64,000 nt of DNA from an uncultured cyanobacterium. Its GTDB lineage: Bacteria > Cyanobacteriota > Cyanobacteriia > PCC-9006 > JAAUQQ01. Each line of letters begins with the position of its first letter. The first letter of the stretch is position 1. The notes beneath the pieces were generated by a model. The model had not been told where the DNA came from. It made no database searches and worked only from the letters and a program-made list of their open reading frames with translations. The position numbers and the translations under genes are program-made. Below, piece after piece: positions 60,571 through 64,000 of this stretch. The stretch spans positions 864,001-928,000 of the forward strand of contig OY970368.1 of assembly GCA_963718615.1 (NCBI GenBank). The letters are read 5' to 3'.

Positions 60571-61182
60571 CTATCGTAAGACCCCCAAGGTATTACGCCA
60601 AGTGAGCTCTTTGCAGAGCATTTCCAGCGCCCGCTGATCCTGCGGCTCAAACAGTTGGAATTGAATCAGTTCCTGGAGCACCTGCTCAGTGAGATGGGCC
60701 GCAAAGCTGCCTCCGTAGCGCAGCAGCAGGCTGTAATAGCGAAACTGAGGCCGCTCCTGGGCATCTAAATGAAACCGATAGATTTCCTCAGTATCCATAC
60801 AGCAGACCGACGCATTGACCGGAACCACTTCTCGGGGAATGCCTTGGTTGCCGTAGCGCCGGCTGTCCGTTTCTAGGGTGCCGATCAAAACAATCCCCAG
60901 GAGCGTCCGCGTTTCATGAATTAAATCCGGGGCAAACACCGGGTCGGGTTCGCTCGATAAACGCGGTCCATTGTTGAGAAATGTTGGATTAACCAACTGG
61001 GAATTGTAGATAATTCCCACAATCGGGGGGCGATCGCCATTGGCCAGCTTGACAAAACTCCCGAACCCATAATCCCCCGGCTGGGGTGGGCAGCTCGTGC
61101 TCATGATGTCGTCGAGCTGAACCACGTAATCGCAGTGGGAGTTGGATTTGACGACTTTGCCCAAGATTTGACCCGCCTGCAT
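60571..61182 (-). CDS. HAS-barrel-like domain protein
   Basis: LGKVVKSNSHCDYVVQ...DYGFGSFV...GIIYNSQL.NP...GPRLS pattern. Confidence 0.65.
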   Translation of the reverse strand: MQAGQILGKVVKSNSHCDYVVQLDDIMSTSCPPQPGDYGFGSFVKLANGDRPPIVGIIYNSQLVNPTFLNNGPRLSSEPDPVFAPDLIHETRTLLGIVLIGTLETDSRRYGNQGIPREVVPVNASVCCMDTEEIYRFHLDAQERPQFRYYSLLLRYGGSFAAHLTEQVLQELIQFQLFEPQDQRALEMLCKELTWRNTLGVLR

Positions 61183-61284
61183 GGCGATCGCGCTCCTGAA
61201 TTTAATACGGATTCAATTGGGGTATATTCAATCGGGGTATATCAGTGCAAAAATACTATGCAAAACACCATGATGGGCATCGTA

Positions 61285-62349
61285 CTACAGCAGCCGCGCA
61301 TAATCCGGATTTTCGCCGATTTGTTTTAGCAACTGCTTGATTTCCTGGGTCCGTTCTTTTTTGACGATCAGCGTAGCTTTCCCAGCCCGGACCACCACCA
61401 CATCTTCAAGACCAATCGTGGCGATCAGCTCTTCAGAATCCTGGGTGTAGAAAATACAGCCTGCGCTTTCGTGGCCAATGTGACGGCCCAGGACGATGTT
61501 GGGCTCCTCTTCCTGTTTGAGCAATCGCTCGATCGCATTCCAGTCTCCCAGATCATCCCAGGCAAACTGAACGGGTAGAACACAGGCGCGATCGGTCTTT
61601 TCCATCAGGGCATAATCAATGCTCAGCTTGGTCAACGTCGAATAGGCCTCGACACCTTTTTCTTCCAAGGGAATCAGAATTTCGGGGGCATGGCGACGGA
61701 GTTCGGCGATCGCCGTTTTTAGCTGAAAAATAAACATGCCCCCATTCCAGCTAAACCGACCGCTATCGAGGAACCCACGGGCCGTTTCCGGGTCTGGCTT
61801 TTCGGTGAAGCGGCTGACCCGATAGGCAGGCAGGTCTTGGAAAATCCCGACTTTTTCGCCCTGTTCAATATAGCCATACCCTGTGGATGCATAGGTGGGC
61901 TGGATCCCGAGGGTGGCGATCGCCCCTTGTTCTTGGCTGAGGATGGCCGCCGCCGTCAGAATTTGCTCAAACGCCGCCTGGTCTTCGATCCAGTGGTCTG
62001 CGGGGAAAAAGCCCACCACCGCCTCTTCGCCGTAGCGCTGAGCTGCCTCTAACGTTGCCCAAGTGACCGCTGGAGCCGTATCTCGCCCCTCGGGTTCCAC
62101 CAGCAAATTCGCCTCCGGTAGCTCCGGTAACTGCTTGCGAACGCCATCCGCCAAATGGGCCGCCGTAACCACCCAAAGGTCATCCCAGCCCCCCGCAACC
62201 GTCAGCAACCGCTGAGCCGTCGCCTGCAATAAACTGAGCCCGCTCCCATCCAAACTCAAAAACTGTTTGGGATAGGACTGGCGACTCAGGGGCCAAAAAC
62301 GCTCCCCCTTACCGCCCGCGAGGATCATCGGAATCAACGTGCGAGCCAT
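61285..62349 (-). CDS. manC: Mannose-1-phosphate guanylyltransferase
   Basis: ILAGGKGERFWPLSR..PKQ, EPEGRDTAPA, PADH, FTEKP, SIDYALME and WDDLGDW motifs. Confidence 0.95.
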   Translation of the reverse strand: MARTLIPMILAGGKGERFWPLSRQSYPKQFLSLDGSGLSLLQATAQRLLTVAGGWDDLWVVTAAHLADGVRKQLPELPEANLLVEPEGRDTAPAVTWATLEAAQRYGEEAVVGFFPADHWIEDQAAFEQILTAAAILSQEQGAIATLGIQPTYASTGYGYIEQGEKVGIFQDLPAYRVSRFTEKPDPETARGFLDSGRFSWNGGMFIFQLKTAIAELRRHAPEILIPLEEKGVEAYSTLTKLSIDYALMEKTDRACVLPVQFAWDDLGDWNAIERLLKQEEEPNIVLGRHIGHESAGCIFYTQDSEELIATIGLEDVVVVRAGKATLIVKKERTQEIKQLLKQIGENPDYARLL

Positions 62350-62749
62350 AGCCTCAATACCTTTTTAAGAAACCTTTTGTCAGCCAGTGCAGTCAAAAAT
62401 TTTAGAAGTCCGCTCAACCGCATTGACTCAACGCAGTTGAAGGAATTTGCCCTGACCCATGGCACCAGTGGGTCTGATACAGCCCAATCCCAGGGGTTTC
62501 TACCCTACGCAAGTTTACCCAGATTTGCAGCTTTTGAACCTTTGCGCCTTAAGAATTGGCGCTATAATTGCGACGTTGAAGTTTACGAAACATTACAAGT
62601 CAAAACTTCAATTCACCTATGGGTGGTGTGAAAAACCGTTTGCCTAGCGAGGTTTTCTGGCTCAAGGTCTTTGTTGGCCTGTGCTGGTGATTCAGTGCCA
62701 CTCGTCTCAACTCTATCTACAAGCGTATCAATCCCAACAGAGAGGCCCC

Positions 62750-64000
62750 TTGAATTCATCGAAGCATTATTCGTCGAAACCCTCTCTGTCCAGCGTCGAG
62801 GGAGCCGTCACTTCTAGCAGTCCACGACCGTCCCAGGTTCAACGATGGTTTTGGCAAATTGCTTGTACGACCTGCGCGATCGTCTCTGCCTCAGCAGGGC
62901 TGGCGGCCTCCCTATGGTTGCCGGATCCGACTCAAGCGATCGCAACGGGCCAAGGGGAAGAACTGGCGACGGCCAATGGATTTATGAGCCCGATCGCCCG
63001 TCCGATCAATGTTTTGGTCATGGGTGTGGACCGTGTGCCGGAGGCAGAGCCGGGTTCGCCTGAAAGTTTTACCGGGCGCAGTGACACCCTGCTTCTACTG
63101 CATCTCGATCCGCGTCAAGAGGCGGTCTCTGTACTCTCAATTCCCCGAGATACTCAGGTTGAGGTGCCTAACTACGGGCTAACCAAAATTAATCATGCCA
63201 ACTGGATGGGGGGACCCGCTCTCATTCGCTCGGTTCTCCAGCATAACTTTAATGATGTGCCGGTGGATCGCTACATTCGCGTGAACACCGGGGCGTTTCG
63301 CGAAATTGTGGATGCCGTTGGCGGGGTGCGAGTCTTTGTGCCCAAGCCCATGCAATACACCGATAATACCCAGGGCCTCAAAATTGACCTCGCAGAAGGT
63401 TGGCAGACGTTGAATGGGGATCAGGCGGAGCAGTTTGCTCGGTTTCGTCATGATGAGTACGGGGATATTGGCCGGGTTCAGCGGCAGCAAACGCTGCTCA
63501 AGGCACTGCGCAAGCGATTGACCCAGCCAACCATCGTGGCGCGGGTACCGCAATTGCTAGATATTTTTGGCCGCTATGTCGACACCAATCTTTCTTCTGA
63601 AGAAATGTTGGCGCTAGTGCGGTTTGGACTGAAGCTAACGCCGGAAGAGCTCAAAATGGTGATGTTGCCCGGTCGTGCCAGTGAGGTGGGCGAGTTTAAC
63701 GCCAGCTATTGGCTGATGGATGAGGACAAACGCGATCAGATTCTGGCGGATTATTTTGACACGAAGGCGATCGCCCGCACCTACACCGGCTGGGATGACG
63801 TCTCGACGGAGCGATCGCCCTACGATATCCGCATCGCCGTTCAAAATGCCTCCTTGGAAGAAGACCAGGGCTACCGCATGGCCGAGTCTCTGCGGGAATT
63901 GGGCTTTAGCGATGTCTACGTGGTGGATGATTGGCCCGATATCAATTCCAACACCGAAATTATTGTTCAGCAGGGTGATCTGAAAGCGGCGGATCTGGTG
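62750..64000 (+). CDS. LytR-CpsA-Psr (LCP) family protein, truncated by the window end
   Basis: Manual translation: TM helix, INVLVMGVD, GRSDTLLL, SIPRDT, KINHA, FARFRHDEYGDIGRVQRQQ; TTG start after AGAGAGG (start uncertain). Confidence 0.92.
   Translation, partial: MNSSKHYSSKPSLSSVEGAVTSSSPRPSQVQRWFWQIACTTCAIVSASAGLAASLWLPDPTQAIATGQGEELATANGFMSPIARPINVLVMGVDRVPEAEPGSPESFTGRSDTLLLLHLDPRQEAVSVLSIPRDTQVEVPNYGLTKINHANWMGGPALIRSVLQHNFNDVPVDRYIRVNTGAFREIVDAVGGVRVFVPKPMQYTDNTQGLKIDLAEGWQTLNGDQAEQFARFRHDEYGDIGRVQRQQTLLKALRKRLTQPTIVARVPQLLDIFGRYVDTNLSSEEMLALVRFGLKLTPEELKMVMLPGRASEVGEFNASYWLMDEDKRDQILADYFDTKAIARTYTGWDDVSTERSPYDIRIAVQNASLEEDQGYRMAESLRELGFSDVYVVDDWPDINSNTEIIVQQGDLKAADLV

Overview
Chromosomal DNA from a cyanobacterium: HIP1 octamers (GCGATCGC) are dense, and petE, ndhQ, crtR and ictB are present. 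Most of the window is housekeeping genes: an EF-G paralogue, mtnP, a group-2 sigma factor, sbcD, folE, trmB, mraY, tRNA-Leu(TAG), aroH, sppA, NDH-2, purB, codA, aqpZ, manC and a partial LCP protein. Three more specialised blocks sit among them. (1) 4.3-8.5 kb: an odd signalling module with a truncated sigma-like protein, an orphan membrane-anchored solute-binding protein, a 4-Cys Ser/Thr kinase and a sensor-less HTH-STAND ATPase. (2) 21.6-30.5 kb: a Wzx/Wzy exopolysaccharide cluster with a kinase-less Wzc, next to a large serine recombinase homologue that lacks its catalytic motif. (3) 50.8-55.6 kb: an iron-stress island (idiB-, isiC- and idiC-like genes, dpsA, an InsA-like Zn-HTH protein, an Asr1405-family protein) with Fur-like boxes and a candidate CU-rich sRNA. 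Read directly from the sequence and absent from the ORF track: ndhQ, a second orphan sRNA candidate at about 60.44-60.52 kb, a palindromic operator at petE, two NtcA boxes, a homopolymer frameshift in a TonB-like gene, a methyltransferase pseudogene deleted at a HIP1 site, and many 12-15 bp tandem duplications at gene ends. No CRISPR array, prophage or intact IS element was seen. All family assignments come from motif recognition, not database searches.
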